DNA of 32,000 nucleotides from an archaeon (GTDB lineage Archaea; Iainarchaeota; Iainarchaeia; Iainarchaeales; 1-14-0-10-31-34): NCBI GenBank assembly GCA_024277355.1, contig JAJRVL010000004.1, positions 270,001 to 302,000 of the forward strand, read 5' to 3'. Shown piece by piece: positions 31,997 to 32,000 of this stretch (position 1 is its first letter; each line of letters starts with the position of its first letter). The notes under the pieces were generated by a model. It saw only the letters and a program-made list of their open reading frames with translations, ran no database searches and was not told where the DNA came from. The position numbers and the translations under genes were made by a program.

Positions 31997-32000
31997 ATAT

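Overview
Very AT-rich, gene-dense archaeal window. Archaeal markers are fibrillarin + Nop5, eukaryal/archaeal-type GlyRS, a tRNA with a bulge-helix-bulge intron, an A1:U72 tRNA-Gln, myo-inositol-1-phosphate synthase + CDP-alcohol phosphatidyltransferase, and Lrp/AsnC. The mix of streamlined housekeeping genes with bacterial-type enzymes (bacterial-type AspRS, class II FBA, class 1 FBPase) suggests a DPANN-like genome; that is inference only. I can support about 40 protein genes, including three short ORFs missing from the track, and 4 tRNAs: Gln-UUG, Ile-GAU, Asn-GUU with a 94-nt intron, and Thr-CGU. No rRNA, CRISPR array, transposase or known defence genes were seen. Main observations: (1) a compact Asn/Asp locus (AsnRS, tRNA-Asn, AsnRS-paralog asparagine synthetase, divergent Lrp/AsnC, GAD-less bacterial-type AspRS). 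(2) Three interrupted genes: an in-frame TAA in a carbamoyltransferase, a frameshift in the AsnA-like gene, and an AspRS split at its domain boundary on an A-AAA-AAA run. (3) A GC-rich, three-hairpin tRNA-Asn intron whose 5' half has a free-standing paralog with compensatory stem changes at about 21.94 kb. (4) A family of A/T palindromic repeat units at two tRNA-linked loci in inverted orientation. One unit ends 1 nt before the tRNA-Ile 5' end, and a related hairpin does the same at tRNA-Thr. Other units flank short duplications of gene ends. (5) An uncharacterised carbamoyltransferase cassette (SxtJ-like / MTase / carbamoyltransferase / SGNH / DUF5989). (6) A Nop5 lacking the fibrillarin-binding N-terminal domain. 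(7) A PadR/wHTH-linked 931-aa surface protein with an LPETN-TM-KKD tail. All family assignments come from motifs read by eye, and no database search was run.
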